DNA of 57,997 nt, taken from the NCBI GenBank assembly GCA_002269645.1, contig NIVC01003434.1, positions 1 through 57,997 on the forward strand. The letters are read 5' to 3'. The position numbers and the translations under genes are program-made. This document shows, one piece after another, positions 1 through 16,440 of the stretch (within the stretch, counting starts at the first letter, position 1; each line of letters begins with the position of its first letter). The notes under the pieces are model-generated. The model ran no database searches. It was not told where the DNA came from and was given only the letters and a program-made list of their open reading frames with translations. This DNA is from Macrostomum lignano. Taxonomy: Eukaryota.

Positions 1-475
1 GTCAGAAGCTAAACAGGCCAGTATATTTATCTTACCCTCTCTATACACCTTTATATATACACTGCCCGCTTATACACACTGTTTATTGTTTTTAATGAAC
101 ATCATAAAGTTAGGCCAGTACAGTTGCCTAACTCCGCAAATACACTGTGTCTGTCCGATTATACACGGCTTTAACAAGTGTATAGACAATTTTTTTGTTT
201 GATCGACTGTTGCGGCGAATCGGCATCCATCGCTGGCAGTGGATCTTTACCGAAGCTGGCCATGGCAAGGGTGCTGCTGACGGTGTGGGAGCGGCCATTA
301 AAGCGGCGGTGCGACAACCGGTGTCCACAGTGAGCAGAGGCAGTGGTCACGGTGCAGGACATGATGGAGGCGATGATGATCGGTGGCAGTGACGAAGAGA
401 AGAAGATTTTGCTTTTCGAGGTTACAACTAGTGACATCGAAGAGTTTGGAAATGTGCTGCAGATGGTGAACCTGT

Positions 476-2026
476 TGTCGCGACTTTCCTAGTCATTTCT
501 TTAGTTCACCTTCACTTGTCTCTGTTTACTCTGTTTCTCTCTTCTCTGTCCAGCCAATCTTGTTATTCTCATCTCTCTCTCTCCCTTGCTGCCTTCTGAT
601 TGGCTCTCCGTTCTCGCCTCTTTCCTCAGTCGCGCACTCCACCCCCTCTCTTTATTATCTGCAATTCAAACCCCCCCCAAGTTAATGTCTGGTATAAATA
701 TACTTGTTTGGGCCCTGCGCCCACTTACTGGCTAATCTTAGATTCAGTTTAACTCCAAGTAACTCTCTAGTCTTTAGTTTAGTATTTTTTCTGTACTGTA
801 CATGTACCAGTTGTCATCAGTTAAAAATTACTAAATTTTTAGGGGGAGAGTGGATATATTCAGTCTTTTCAGTCTTCTCATTGGTTCAAAAACTACAATA
901 AAAATCTAAGTTTAAAATTCTCGGCCGGGGCGCCTCAGGGCTCGCCTGCCGGATCGTCTCTTCGCTCTTCGTCTGCGCGGGGTGCGTCCTGCGGTGTCCT
1001 CGGTCTCTCTCGGTTCAAATTCTCGGCCGGGGCGCCTCAGGGCTCGCCTGCCGGATCGTCTCTTCGCTCATCGTCTGCCGGGGGGCGTCCTGCGGTGTCC
1101 TCGTCTCTCTCGGTTTCAAATTCTCGGCCGGGGCGCCTCGGGCTCGCCTGCCGGATCGTCTCTTCGCTCTTCGTCTGCCGGGGTGCGTCCTGCGGTGTCC
1201 TCGGTCTCTTCTCGGTTTCAAATTCTCGGCCGGGGCGCCGCTGGGCTCGCCTGCCGGATCGTCTCGACTCTCTTCACTCATCGTCTGCCGGGGGTGCGTC
1301 CTGCGGTGTCCTCGGTCTCTCTCGTTCAAATTCTCGGCAGGGGCGCCTCAGGGCTCGCCTGCCGGATCGTCTCTTCGCTCATCGCCTGCCGGATCGCCTC
1401 GTTAATTCGTCATTCAATTTTTTCTTTCACAATGTAAAAAATTAAAATAATTTTTTAGGGGGGAGGGTAGATGCAGTCAGTTTTTTCATTGGTTATACTC
1501 GTAAAAATTTATTCATTAAAATCGCACACGTGAAATTTCTTGGTCAATTTTGCATTCACTCTAGTCTCCACAGTTTTTGTATTGAAATTCTTAGTCGTAT
1601 TTGTAGCTCGTACACCATTGTTAAATTTGTTTTAAAGTTGTTTCTTGAACTCTAATTCATAATTCTATTGGTACTCGAAAATTCAAAAAATGTTCCATTT
1701 TTTGGGGGGAGTGTCGCGACTTTCCTAGTCATTTCTTAGTTCACCTTCACTTGTCTCTGTTTACTCCGTTTTCTCTCTTCTCTGTCCAGCTCAATCTTGT
1801 TATTCTTATCTCTCTCTCTCCCTTGCTGCGTTCTGATTGGCTCTCCGTTCTCGCCTCTTTCCTCAGTCGCGCACTCCACCCCCTCTCTTTATCTGCAATT
1901 TAAACCCCTAAGTTAATGTCTGGTATAAATATACTTGTTTGGGCCCTGCGCCCACTTACTGGCTTATCTTAGATTCAATTTAACTCCAAGTAACTCTCTA
2001 GTCTTTAGTTTAGTATTTTTTCTACA
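476..2026 (+). mobile_element. Non-autonomous LTR retrotransposon (TRIM-like), about 1.55 kb
   Basis: Direct repeats 476-~802 and 1712-2026 with TG...CA termini; 5-bp TSD CCTGT at 471-475 and 2027-2031; purine tract GGGGGGAG immediately before the 3' LTR; CCAAT-like box and TATAAATA inside the LTR; no internal coding. PBS not recognised. Confidence 0.9.
914..1400. repeat. GC-rich ~100-bp tandem repeat (about 5 copies) inside the LTR element
   Basis: Unit begins AAATTCTCGGCCGGGGCGCC...GCTCGCCTGCCGGATCGTCTC and recurs near 915, 1017, 1118, 1220, 1328. Confidence 0.9.
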
Positions 2027-2296
2027 CCTGTCTACGATGCCGGGCATTGCCAACTGCCACCACGTCTGCCGAGTTGATGAAAACGGCATCTTGTATCGGG
2101 AGCTGGCCTGTCTCTGCACAGAAGCTACTGATTGCTGTCGGTGCCACAACGCAAAGCTGTGGCAACCACTGGCTTTGCCACCGATGCCGAGACAGACAGT
2201 GCTGTCGGTGAAAGATGCAGTTGGTGCTGCAGGGTGTTCAACTGGAAAACGTGTCAGGGGTCGAGAACGAGGTCGTGATCATAGTAAGTCGGGGCT

Positions 2297-2494
2297 GATG
2301 TCGAGCGCTGCAGTTCTACCATCTGTATTCAACCTGCAAGTTCGAGAATCCAGTGGATTCAATGTGATGGCTGTGATGCTTGGCATCATTGTGAATGTGC
2401 TGGCTTTCCACCAAATAGCAACCTGCCACAAAACTATTATTGCTCACCTGATTGCGCCTTCGACATCACACAGGCTGAGATGAGGGAACTTTGA
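2297..2494 (+). pseudogene. PHD finger coding remnant, probably the C-terminal part of the same transposon
   Basis: Frame absent from the ORF track: CSSTICIQPASSRIQWIQCDGCDAWHHCECAGFPPNSNLPQNYYCSPDC, a C4HC3 PHD pattern. Stop codons lie just upstream in this frame. Confidence 0.75.
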
Positions 2495-4699
2495 ATATTA
2501 ACGAACTCAACTCACATGGGAATCAATTTTTAGTTTTCAATGCTATTTATTTTATTACGAGCGAAGCATCGATCCAGTGACTTAGGTTATTAGGCAGTTT
2601 TTCTTTGACTTGGGCTTGAAAGACACCACTTGGTTTTTAATGAAGACACCACACGTAAATTTTTAAAACTTTATGCATCACACACTAACTGTAATCGGAA
2701 AGGTCTTAATCTCTTCCGGTACTTGAAAACCGCACCGAACTGGATAACATGCATGGGCGGGTGGGGAGAAAAACGATTTTGGAATCAATGTGACAGCAAT
2801 GCGATGTACATGAAAGATCAGAGCAGACAAGGGGTGAAGAGGAGGGAAAGAAATTGTCTTCAACCAGTCTGCAGTCAGTCAGTTTGTCCTCCAGTCGGGC
2901 AGTACAGAAGCTCAGCGCTTACGGTCTCACAAAAAACTAAGTCTGGTATTGGGTTATACCGGTAGATCCCAGTCAGCCGGCCGTCTGTTGTGACCACAGC
3001 TGACCTCCTTAACCCTCTATGGATATGCCATTGCAGTGAGGTCAAGGTCCACATGCTAAAGCACGCGCCCCCTTAGTGTTTACAGATCCATGCTAAAGAA
3101 AGTCACGGCTACAAGGAAGCACCCAAAGAAACTCCTATCTATAACTACGGCAAAAATTTTGGGGGTGTAGGCATCAAACAGTTCTAAGACCCTACAGTGC
3201 TTCATGTACAGTTTATAAGTTATCCAAGATGACCGGCTTCACTACGCGAGATGCCCCAAATGCCAAATTCTCACGTAAAAAAATCTAAAACAATGTAAGA
3301 GTCAAAAACACACAATACTTAAAACATAATTTATAGCATATAATCAAAATAGCTACTGTAGTCTTCTATGCATAGAGTGGATCGATTCCTGGATCTCGTG
3401 CAGGTCTTTTGAAGGACAGTCAATCAATTCATATAGTGTATTATTGATGCTGAAGTAAACTTAATTTTCTGGATTCTCTTTAAAACCTGTCTTCAAATCT
3501 GAAGTGAAATAAAGCTCATTATATTAGCTCCATATTAAATAAGCTAACGAAGTACTTTTAATGTCTTTTTGAAGTATCTAAATAATATATATATGAATAT
3601 TCAATGTCTATTGAAGCTATGCACAGACTTCTCAGAAGTGTCGAAGTCCTAATAGGTACTTTCAAATCAGTGGTTTGTTTCATACTTTTGTATCAAGGAA
3701 TTGGATTTGAATATGTGCTTCATTTTACAAATAAGATTCTTTCCACTGATGTTTGTTAATTTTTCATCTTTAAATTTAGCTTATTAAAACTAAATGGCAA
3801 ATGGTTGAACTTCAAAGAAATTTTTTTAATTATTTGCATACAAAAAATTTCCAATTTTATATCGACTTGTTCCATTCATTTCATTTACATCCATTCTTGT
3901 TTCATTTACATATTCTGAATTTTTAAGAACTTGAAGACAAACAGGTTAACAAGACTGATGTAAAAGAATTTTTTTCTTCGAAGTTAAAAACGTGTGGTGT
4001 AACTATTTTTAAATAGTAAAACAAAAGCGAATACAACTATTAAAGTTGTTTACCTTTGTAACTTGAAAAAAAATAAATGGACAGATATATTACTTTTTAA
4101 TGTTTTATATGCAATTTAATCAGATATTCTAAAACAACGACATAGTCGTTTATAGACCCTTAAGTCTTAACAGTAAAATAAACAAACACGCCTTTTTATT
4201 GAATATTCAAGGATTTTGTGGTTTAATAAACCTATATCTGTTGTGGTGCCAGAAATGAAAATTTTAAAGCCAAAAAAGTAATATTTTATGCTGTATATAT
4301 TTTTTTTCATAAATTCCAGCCAAGATTTGAGAACTACCCATTTACCCCCCGTTTAACGTTCAATTCAAATAGTACATGTAGTCTATCCTCGAGCCGGGAT
4401 GATGTGGTGACTGGACTATAACAAACAATTTAGCTGCTGGTGCATGCTTAAGTGTTAATTCGTTCACTCGTTTCATATTTTAGACTTCACTCTACTATTC
4501 TACAAATAGAAAGAATCGAATTGAAGCAGAAAAATAATTTAACGAAAGATTGTATAAGCTCAAGCCAGTATTGTTTTTTGAACTTGAAAAGTAGCTCATA
4601 TTAAATTTAAATATAGCTCGTTCTCGTACGCGGAAATTACGAATAATTTGCGCAGCTCAAACATACTAATACTAAATAATAGTAGTAGTAAGATACTTA

Positions 4700-4870
4700 C
4701 CTATCGGAAGAACACGGCCTAAGTTTCAATAGAAACTCGATTTCTCAGGCTGCGCTCCGAGAGTCGGGTGGGGCTTTATTATCTAAACAGACCAGACCCC
4801 CAATTCAGTCAACCCCAAGCCCCAACCCCTGCAGACGGCCCCGACGGATCACAGCCAATCAAAGAAGCGG
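4700..4870 (-). promoter_or_regulatory. Possible promoter and non-coding first exon transcribed leftwards
   Basis: Strong donor AG|GTAAGT on the minus strand at about 4699; CpG-rich patch with GCCAATC at about 4854. No downstream coding exon identified. Confidence 0.3.
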
Positions 4871-5899
4871 ACGGGTTAATTTAAACAACACACGGTTTGG
4901 CTTTGGTGAAATTTAATCGATAAAGCGAGTGAGAGGGCTCAACAATAAAACTTAAATTAAGAGCTTCTTACTCTTGTTTTTTCACACCCCGAGCCAGCTG
5001 ATTTGTAATTATTTGTCTGGCCCCCATTGGAATGGAAATAGAATGGGCCTTCACTAAAACTCGAAGTGGTAAACAAAACCAGCATAGCATAACCAGCCAC
5101 AGCAGCCAAGCCCAGATAAGACTTTTCTAGCGCTTGCCTGAAAATTTCTGACTGCAATTTGCAACCAGTTTTTGTGAAACACTTCCGATTGCGAATTTGC
5201 ATTGCCTCCCGATGAGCTATCAAGATTAAGAGGCACTACTTCCAGTAGTTATTGTCGTGAATGTGCTTTATAAAATATGCTTCTTTGCTAAAAGCTTATT
5301 ATTAATCAATTATTGGCTTGAGTTGAATGGGAATTAGGAACGCATGAAAATGGAAAGTTAAAGCAAATTTAGTTTCGCCTATTAAATAAAATTCAAGTAA
5401 AAATTACTATCAGGAGAGAAACGCTGACAATCCGTAATGGTAGCTAAACTCAACGCAAAGCTTGCAGCGGAAAATTTTGAACAGGCCAGTTAAAACGCAA
5501 CAAATAATAAGCCGGATTAATTTTCAAATTATAATAAATCCGGAACTAACAAAGCTTTGCTGAATTTTCTAAATTCCCTCGATTTTTTTATTTAGTTCGT
5601 AACTGCGTAGTTGCTGCAATAATCTCTCAATGCGGAACGAAACCTTATTGCATTTAGACTAGAGGAATTTCCGGGGTTTAAATTTAACTTGTCTGATAAA
5701 ATAATCACTTACGAGCGTACTTGCAGTTCCACTGATGCGATACATGGCTATAACCCTATTAAATTTGCACTTCCGGTGAATTCCTATGTGATCGAAGTGT
5801 CGCAGTTTAATTTTTAACCCCTTATTTTGTAAATTTAGGACTACAAATTTCTACTTCAAGCCAAGGGGAGCAACAAAATTCTATGGATGGGGAATTGCC

Positions 5900-6742
5900 C
5901 AGTTCTCGACAGGGATTGCTAACTTCTAGACAGGGGATTGCTAACTTCTAGACAGGGGATTGCTAACTTCTAGACAGGGGATTGCTAACTTCTAGACAGG
6001 GGATTGCCAACTTCTAGACAGGGGATGCCAACTTCTAGACAGGGGATTGCTAACTTCTAGACAGGGGAGTGCCAACTTCTAGACAGGGGAGTGCCAACTT
6101 CTAGACAGGGATTGCTAACTTCTAGACAGGGGAGTGCTAACTTCTAGACAGGGAGTGCCAACTTCTAGACAGGGGATTGCCAACTTCTAGACAGGGGAGT
6201 GCCAACTTCTAGACAGGGGAGTGCCAACTTCTAGACAGGGGAGTGCCAACTTCTAGACAGGGGAGTGCCAACTTCTAGACAGGGGAGTGCCAACTTCTAG
6301 ACAGGGGAGTGCCAACTTCTAGACAGGGGAGTGCCAACTTCTAGACAGGGGAGTGCCAACTTCTAGACAGGGGTGCCAACTTCTAGACAGGGGAGTGCCA
6401 ACTTCTAGACAGGGGAGTGCCAACTTCTAGACAGGGGAGTGCCAACTTCTAGACAGGGGAGTGCCAACTTCTAGACAGGGAGTGCCAACTTCTAGACAGG
6501 GGAGTGCCAACTTCTAGACAGGGAGTGCCAACTTCTAGACAGGGAGTGCCAACTTCTAGACAGGGAGTGCCAACTTCTAGACAGGGAGTGCCAACTTCTA
6601 GACAGGGAGTGCCAACTTCTAGACAGGGAGTGCCAACTTCTAGACAGGGAGTGCCAACTTCTAGACAGGGAGTGCCAACTTCTAGACAGGGAGTGCCAAC
6701 TTCTAGACAGGGAGTGCCAACTTCTAGACAGGGAGTGCCAAC
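5900..6742. repeat. 21/22-bp minisatellite (GCCAACTTCTAGACAGGGGAGT)
   Basis: Many tandem copies; 22-bp variant switches to a 21-bp variant near 6500. Confidence 0.95.
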
Positions 6743-7689
6743 TAAGTTTTAAGTTAGTTGCGCTAAGTTTTTTTGACGGACAAAGTTTTACACGAGCGCG
6801 AAAATTAACTAAAGTCTTGACGAATTAAAACAAATTCAGCCCTAGATTAACCGCCCAAAATGACCTTGAAACGGACTTCCAATTAAAATAAATTAGTTCC
6901 ATTAACAGACACATTAAGCACCCATTGTAGGGATAAAAATTGACCTAAAAACGGCAATGGAATTTGGCCAACAAGTGGCCCCAGTCGGTGACTCCACACA
7001 GTGTGCTTGTTGACTCTGCAGTATTGACTCGATGCCAGCTGATCAAATGGAAAGCAATTTAACTCGATTTTTATACACTAAGGTTTCAGCTGCGGGTGAC
7101 CGGCGGCCGCTTCTCTCCCTCCCGGCCCTGCTCCCAACTTTTCAACAATACAGTTTTCTTCAGCGAAAGCTTAATAGTGAGTCTACAATGTATTGGTTAG
7201 TTGTGTTATTATTTAATTTCACACAAATTGTAAGAGCACTGCTCAAAATTCAGAATGAAGAAGTAGTTATTTCATAGAATGCATGCAACTGCAAGTTTAT
7301 AATTATGGCGCTGTATTTTTAGCGCCACTGAGCTTAATTTATTGAAATACTAAATCTAAATTTGGTAATTTGGTATTTTTTCGGAAATAACAAAATTTTA
7401 TTTGTTTTCGACTAAAATGTTGTACAAATAATTGTTATTTTCATTCTAAATGGATAAACAGAAAGTTTAATTTGGTCTTTGTTATAATTTACGTACTGCT
7501 ATTTAATTTTTATGTCATACTCGTACGACTGAGTTGACATGTGGTGATATTGAATCAAGAAGTTGATTGCCCTTTTCCAATTAATAAATAGAGTTTTTTA
7601 TTTAGCGAGGCTATAAATACATGCATTTCTTGTTTCGTTTATTTTATTTTTTTTTCGTACACAGAATCAAAATCTAGTAGGCGGAAAGG

Positions 7690-7940
7690 AGAGAGAGGCA
7701 GAGAGGAGGGAGAGAAACAGAGAGGAGGGAGAGAAACAGAGAGGAGGGAGAGAGGCAGAGAGGAGGGAGAGAAGCAGAGAGGAGGGAGAGAGGCAGAGAG
7801 GAGGGAGAGAGGCAGAGAGGAGGGAGAGAAGCAGAGAGGAGGGAGAGAAACAGAGAGGAGGGAGAGAGGCAGAGAGGAGGGAGAGAGGCAGAGAAGAGAG
7901 CAAAGCAGAGAGAAACAGAGAGAGAGAGGCGGAGAGAAAA
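7690..7940. repeat. 19-bp purine-rich minisatellite (GAGGAGGGAGAGAGGCAGA)
   Basis: Direct tandem copies with minor variants. Confidence 0.9.
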
Positions 7941-8022
7941 GAAGGGGAGTCTGAGACTATACAGGAAAGAATATACAGACAGAGTGAGTAGATATACCCA
8001 AGCGGCTGCAGTGGAGCAAGGA

Positions 8023-8270
8023 GCACAGATGAGCAGCACATAATGCGGGTCAGCTAGCTGACAAAGGCTGGAAGACACCTGGGCACAGATGAGCAGCACA
8101 TAATGCGGGTCAGCTAGCTGACAAAGGCTGGAAGACACCTGGGCACAGATGAGCAGCACATAATGCGGGTCAGCTAGCTGACAAAGGCTGGAAGACACCT
8201 GGGCACAGATGAGCAGCACATAATGCGGGTCAGCTAGCTGACAAAGGCTGGAAGACACCTGGGCACAGAT
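8023..8270. repeat. 60-bp tandem repeat, about 4 perfect copies
   Basis: Sequence lines 8041, 8101 and 8161 are identical. Confidence 0.95.
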
Positions 8271-8349
8271 ATAACCGAAGCAAACGGTGCAACTGAACAA
8301 AGCAATATAGCAGTAGTGTGTTTAGAAGTAGGCGAATTTCGAATCGAGT

Positions 8350-12135
<3,786 letters not shown>

Positions 12136-12414
12136 GGCTGAGCCGGCTGTGGGTGAAAACTGCGAGATGTCTTGTCCGCTCTCCTGCAGTAGGGGGATTT
12201 TTTCCCATTTGCTAACTGAATATGGAGCAGAGGAGCTGAAATTGCAGGTGGGGGCAACGGTGGGCCAAGCGAGCCAATGCGGTGCGGCTGGAATCTCTGG
12301 GACTGGCGTGCGGTCTGGGGATTTCTTTGAGGGCCAACTTTCAGGCTGGCCCTCGGATGATTCCACAGCAATAACAAAACCAATTACATGTTGAATCACT
12401 GTTTTAGAATTTAC

Positions 12415-12700
12415 AGTCTACAGGCATACAGTAGATTTGAGTAAAAATCTACAGGCATACAGTAGATTTTGTGAGAATCTACAGACATACAGTAGATTTG
12501 TGTGAATATCTACAGGCATACAGTAGATTCGTGTGAGAATCTACAGGCATACAGTAGATTCGTGTGAGAATCTACAGGCTTACAGTAGATTTGAGTAAAA
12601 ATCTACAGGCATACAGTAGATTCGTGTGAGAATCTACAGGCATACAGTAGATTTGTGTGAGAATCTACAGACATAAAGTATAGATTTGTGTGAAAATCTA
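12415..12700. repeat. 31-bp minisatellite with internal ATCTAC/GTAGAT hairpin
   Basis: Unit ATCTACAGGCATACAGTAGATTCGTGTGAGA, about 9 copies, no spacers. Confidence 0.9.
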
Positions 12701-13574
12701 CCGGCAAACACCGCATGTCTGCATTATACAAGCTCGTACAGTTATCGACAGGATCGACAGGACATCGATCTGAGTGTACATTGCACAGGTTATGCCGAAC
12801 AGGGGAGCGCAGTACTTGAAGAACATATACAGGAGTCCCATTGAGACAAAAGGAAAATCAGGCAGTCAGAAATCTCTTTTTTTGCTTTTCCGATTAAGAG
12901 CACAAATATTATAACAAATCTGGAATATCAGTTAAACAAAGCGAACAAAAACGCTGCCCAAGTCAGGCGGCGCGGATGTTACTGGAGATGGGGAGGGGTA
13001 AATGATGGAGGATCATAAACTGGGCGGGGAAATCTTCATTAAGGAATGGGATATCAAGGTGTGCCCGGGCGAGGTGTCGGGGATATAAGGGAAAACAGAT
13101 AATATTTATATTGATAATAAATAACACTGGGCGCGAACCCGCCTCCACCATAGCTGCTGCTCCCAGATCTGCCGGCATCAATTTCAGCCTTATCGCAATC
13201 TGTATGTGCCGGGAAAGTCATCTATCAGGGATGGGATCTACCCGCTGCTGACCGAGGCCCCGCGGTTGCCGCTGCTGTTGAAGGCTCTGTGCGGTCACTC
13301 CACAGATCCGCGTCTGTTGTGCAGCCACAATGCCATCAATCCGAGTGCAGTTAAGACTCGACTGCCGCGGTCCCATGCCTTGAAAATATTCAGGAGCTTG
13401 AGAAAAGAACTTCAGAAGCCAACTTTAGAAACTTCAGAACAGAACTGCAGTTGAAATTGAGTAATTTTAGAGCAGAGCTTTAGAGTAACAATCAAATCAA
13501 CAAAATATAGTGAAGGGGTCAAGGGTTGTAGTTGTAGCCAGCGGAGCGGTGGCGCCCAAATGGCTGGCAAAAGT

Positions 13575-13812
13575 ATATGCTGGCGCCCCTGGTGCTGGCG
13601 CCCCTGTCGCTGGTGCCCCTGTCGCTGGCGCCCCTGGTGCTTGCGCCCCTGTCGCTGGCGCCCCTGTCGCTGGCGCCCCTGTCGCTGGCGCCCCTTGGTG
13701 CTGGCGCCCCTGGTGCTGGCGCCCCTGGTGCTGTCGCCGCTGGTGCTGGCGCCCCTGGTGCTGTCGCCGCTGGTGCTGGCGCCCCTGGTGCTGGCGCCCC
13801 TGGTGCTGGCGC
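13575..13812. repeat. 15-bp GC-rich minisatellite (GGCGCCCCTGGTGCT)
   Basis: Tandem copies; produces the spurious VAGAPG / CWRPW ORFs. Confidence 0.9.
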
Positions 13813-13824
13813 GCTAGATCACCG

Positions 13825-14245
13825 GTGAAAGACCAACCTGTCCAGCTCAGGTCACAGGTGAGAGAACAACCTGTCCAGCTCAGGTCACAGGTGAGAGAAC
13901 AACCTGTCCAGCTCAGGTCACAGGTGAGAGAACAACCTGTCCAGCTCAGGTCACAGGTGAGAGAACAACCTGTCCAGCTCAGGTCACAGGTGAGAGAACA
14001 ACCTGTCCAGCTCAGGGACTACTCGAACACCGGGACGGGAAACTTGGAATTCTTTACGAGGCTGGTCTTTTAGCAGCAGTAGAAAATAACCATAGACAAC
14101 AAAGTAACACAGCATCGCTCTATGAAAATAAGCCAGCCAGCCTCGTCTTAGCTGCTAAAAGACCAGCCTCGTAAAAAATTCCTAGTTTCCCGTCCCGGTG
14201 TTTGAGTAGTCCCTGGTCCAGCTCAGGTCAGAGGTGAGAGACCAA
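13825..14245. repeat. 33-bp minisatellite (CAGGTGAGAGAACAACCTGTCCAGCTCAGGTCA), interrupted by a MITE
   Basis: About 6 copies before the insertion and one after. Confidence 0.9.
14013..14215. mobile_element. hAT-type MITE, 203 bp
   Basis: About 65-bp TIRs CAGGGACTACTC...GAGTAGTCCCTG; 8-bp TSD GTCCAGCT at 14005-14012 and 14216-14223. Confidence 0.92.
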
Positions 14246-15164
14246 GTATAAGAGTATTCTAGCCAGCCAATAAGTATCGAAAATAAAATTTTGTGACAGA
14301 TCCAGCTGGATAGGTCATACGTATCCGAAAGTCCAGATACTTAGACAGAATTCCACGCAACATTCAAGGAAGCCAAAATTGTATGGCCCTTTCGGCAGGC
14401 ACAGCAATCCTGTTCAACTCCTTCTGTCTTCGGGCCAGCAGCCCCCTTATCTTCATTCCGTCCGGCTATCCTATGAAAGACGCTGGCATCGCCCGCATGC
14501 CGCAGGATAGTTTATAATTCGCCTCAGCGAAGCGCGTCAACATTCCAATCCGCGAGGGTGTCGGTCGCAAAACTTTTTTGTTTTCAAAAACACTCCAGAC
14601 CGCAGACTGTCCTACTGGCAGGGGGGATCAGATTCAAAACAAACACCGAACACTGGGGAGGGTCAAGAAGTGCTGCAGTTTTTTAAACATTCACTTTTGG
14701 CTGTGAAGTCAAGGAGACCGCGCGGCTATCCAGCATCTGGAGTGCTGCTCTCACTTCTTGGCGACAATCGCTAAAGATATTATAAGCTCCCCACTGTAGT
14801 AGCTGAAGTATCCTAAATAAAGCTTTTTCAACTTAATTGCATGCTAACTCACGAGTTGTCTCACTTGTTAATTCACTGGTTGTCGGGGAGTTACGAGCAA
14901 CTTAAAATGTCGAAAAATCGTGTCGAAGATAATTGCCGAAGGTTATGTGTGTAGAACGGTAAAAGTATTCGCTACGCTAGCTTGTATGCGTCTATAGTCC
15001 GCAATGCGCCCTGGCTTGTTTATTTACTCGCACAAGTCAGTGTGAAACTGCTGTAAAGCTTTGCTGATTCGGGAGCGAATCAGTTTATTGGGCAACGGGC
15101 TCGTGTTTTCCGCCTGGCGTCTTTGCACTGCTTCAAAGCTACATGTACCTGCGTAACTGTCCAC

Positions 15165-16440
15165 AGGTGAGAGTTAAGAGACTAACCTGTCTAGCTAGGT
15201 CACAGGTGAGAGACTAACCTGTCTAGCTAGGTCACAGGTGAGAGACTAACCTGTCTAGCTAGGTCACAGGTGAGAGACTAACCTGTCTAGCTAGGTCACA
15301 GGTGAGAGACTAACCTGTCTAGCTAGGTCACAGGTGAGAGACTAACCTGTCTAGCTAGGTCACAGGTGAGAGACTAACCTGTCTAGCTAGGTCACAGGTG
15401 AGAGACTAACCTGTCTAGCTAGGTCACAGGTGAGAGACTAACCTGTCTAGCTAGGTCACAGGTGAGAGACTAACCTGTCTAGCTAGGTCACAGGTGAGAG
15501 ACTAACCTGTCTAGCTAGGTCACAGGTGAGAGACCAACCTGTCTAGCTAGGTCACAGGTGAGAGACTAACCTGTCTAGCTAGGTCACAGGTGAGAGACTA
15601 ACCTGTCTAGCTAGGTCACAGGTGAGAGACTAACCTGTCCAGCTCAGGTCATAGGTGAGACCAACCTGTCCAGCTCAGGTCACAGGTGAGAGACTAACCT
15701 GTCCAGCTCAGGTCATAGGTGAGACCAACCTGTCCAGCTCAGGTCACAGGTGAGAGACTAACCTGTCCAGCTCAGGTCATAGGTGAGAGACTAACCTGTC
15801 CAGCTCAGGTCATAGGTGAGACCAACCTGTCCAGCTCAGGTCACAGGTGAGAGACTAACCTGTCCAGCTCAGGTCATAGGTGAGACCAACCTGTCCAGCT
15901 CAGGTCACAGGTGAGAGACTAACCTGTCCAGCTCAGGTCACAGGTGAGAGACTAACCTGTCCAGCTCAGGTCATAGGTGAGACCAACCTGTCCAGCTCAG
16001 GTCACAGGTGAGAGACTAACCTGTCCAGCTCAGGTCATAGGTGAGAGACTAACCTGTCCAGCTCAGGTCATAGGTGAGACCAACCTGTCCAGCTCAGGTC
16101 ACAGGTGAGAGACTAACCTGTCCAGCTCAGGTCATAGGTGAGACCAACCTGTCCAGCTCAGGTCATAGGTGAGAGACTAACCTGTCCAGCTCAGGTCATA
16201 GGTGAGACCAACCTGTCCAGCTCAGGTCACAGGTGAGAGACTAACCTGTCCAGCTCAGGTCATAGGTGAGACTAACCTGTCCAGCTCAGGTCACAGGTGA
16301 GAGACTAACCTGTCCAGCTCAGGTCACAGGTGAGAGACTAACCTGTCCAGCTCAGGTCACAGGTGAGAGACTAACCTGTCCAGCTCAGGTCACAGGTGAG
16401 AGACCATCCTGTCCAGCTCAGGTCACAGGTGAGACCAAGT
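15165..16440. repeat. 31-33-bp minisatellite, same family as 13825-14245
   Basis: A 32-bp TCTAGCTAGG variant block is followed by mixed 31/33-bp TCCAGCTCAGG variants. Confidence 0.95.

Larger units (their letters stand above)
195..2230 (+). mobile_element. DNA transposase remnant (Sola-like DDD/E), interrupted by the LTR element at 476-2026
   Basis: WIFTEAGHGKGAADGVGAAIK (195-300) resembles the W.F.ATSHGKGPCDG.GG.VKR transposase motif. Removing 476-2026 plus one TSD restores a continuous frame: LFEVTTSDIEEFGNVLQMVNL|STMPGIANCHHV...RELACLCTEATDCCRCH. Frameshifted elsewhere. Superfamily assignment is from memory. Confidence 0.65.

Noticed and set aside
476-2026. LTR element as a retrozyme (hammerhead in the LTRs)
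   Set aside because: No CUGANGA...GAAA core with plausible stems found on either strand of the LTRs.
3300-4200. AT-rich stretch as a coding region in an alternative genetic code
   Set aside because: Stops of all three types occur at about random density and no motif is recognisable.
12415-12700. CRISPR-like 31-bp hairpin repeat (and the 31-33-bp arrays at 13825-16440)
   Set aside because: Units are head-to-tail with no unique spacers, no cas genes are present, and the context is eukaryotic.
13510-14073. Elastin/silk-like VAGAPG ORF
   Set aside because: Made of two adjacent minisatellites and a MITE end; no signal peptide or splice support.
14269-15160. LINE or gene fragment between the duplicated arrays
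   Set aside because: No recognisable motif in the frames I translated.
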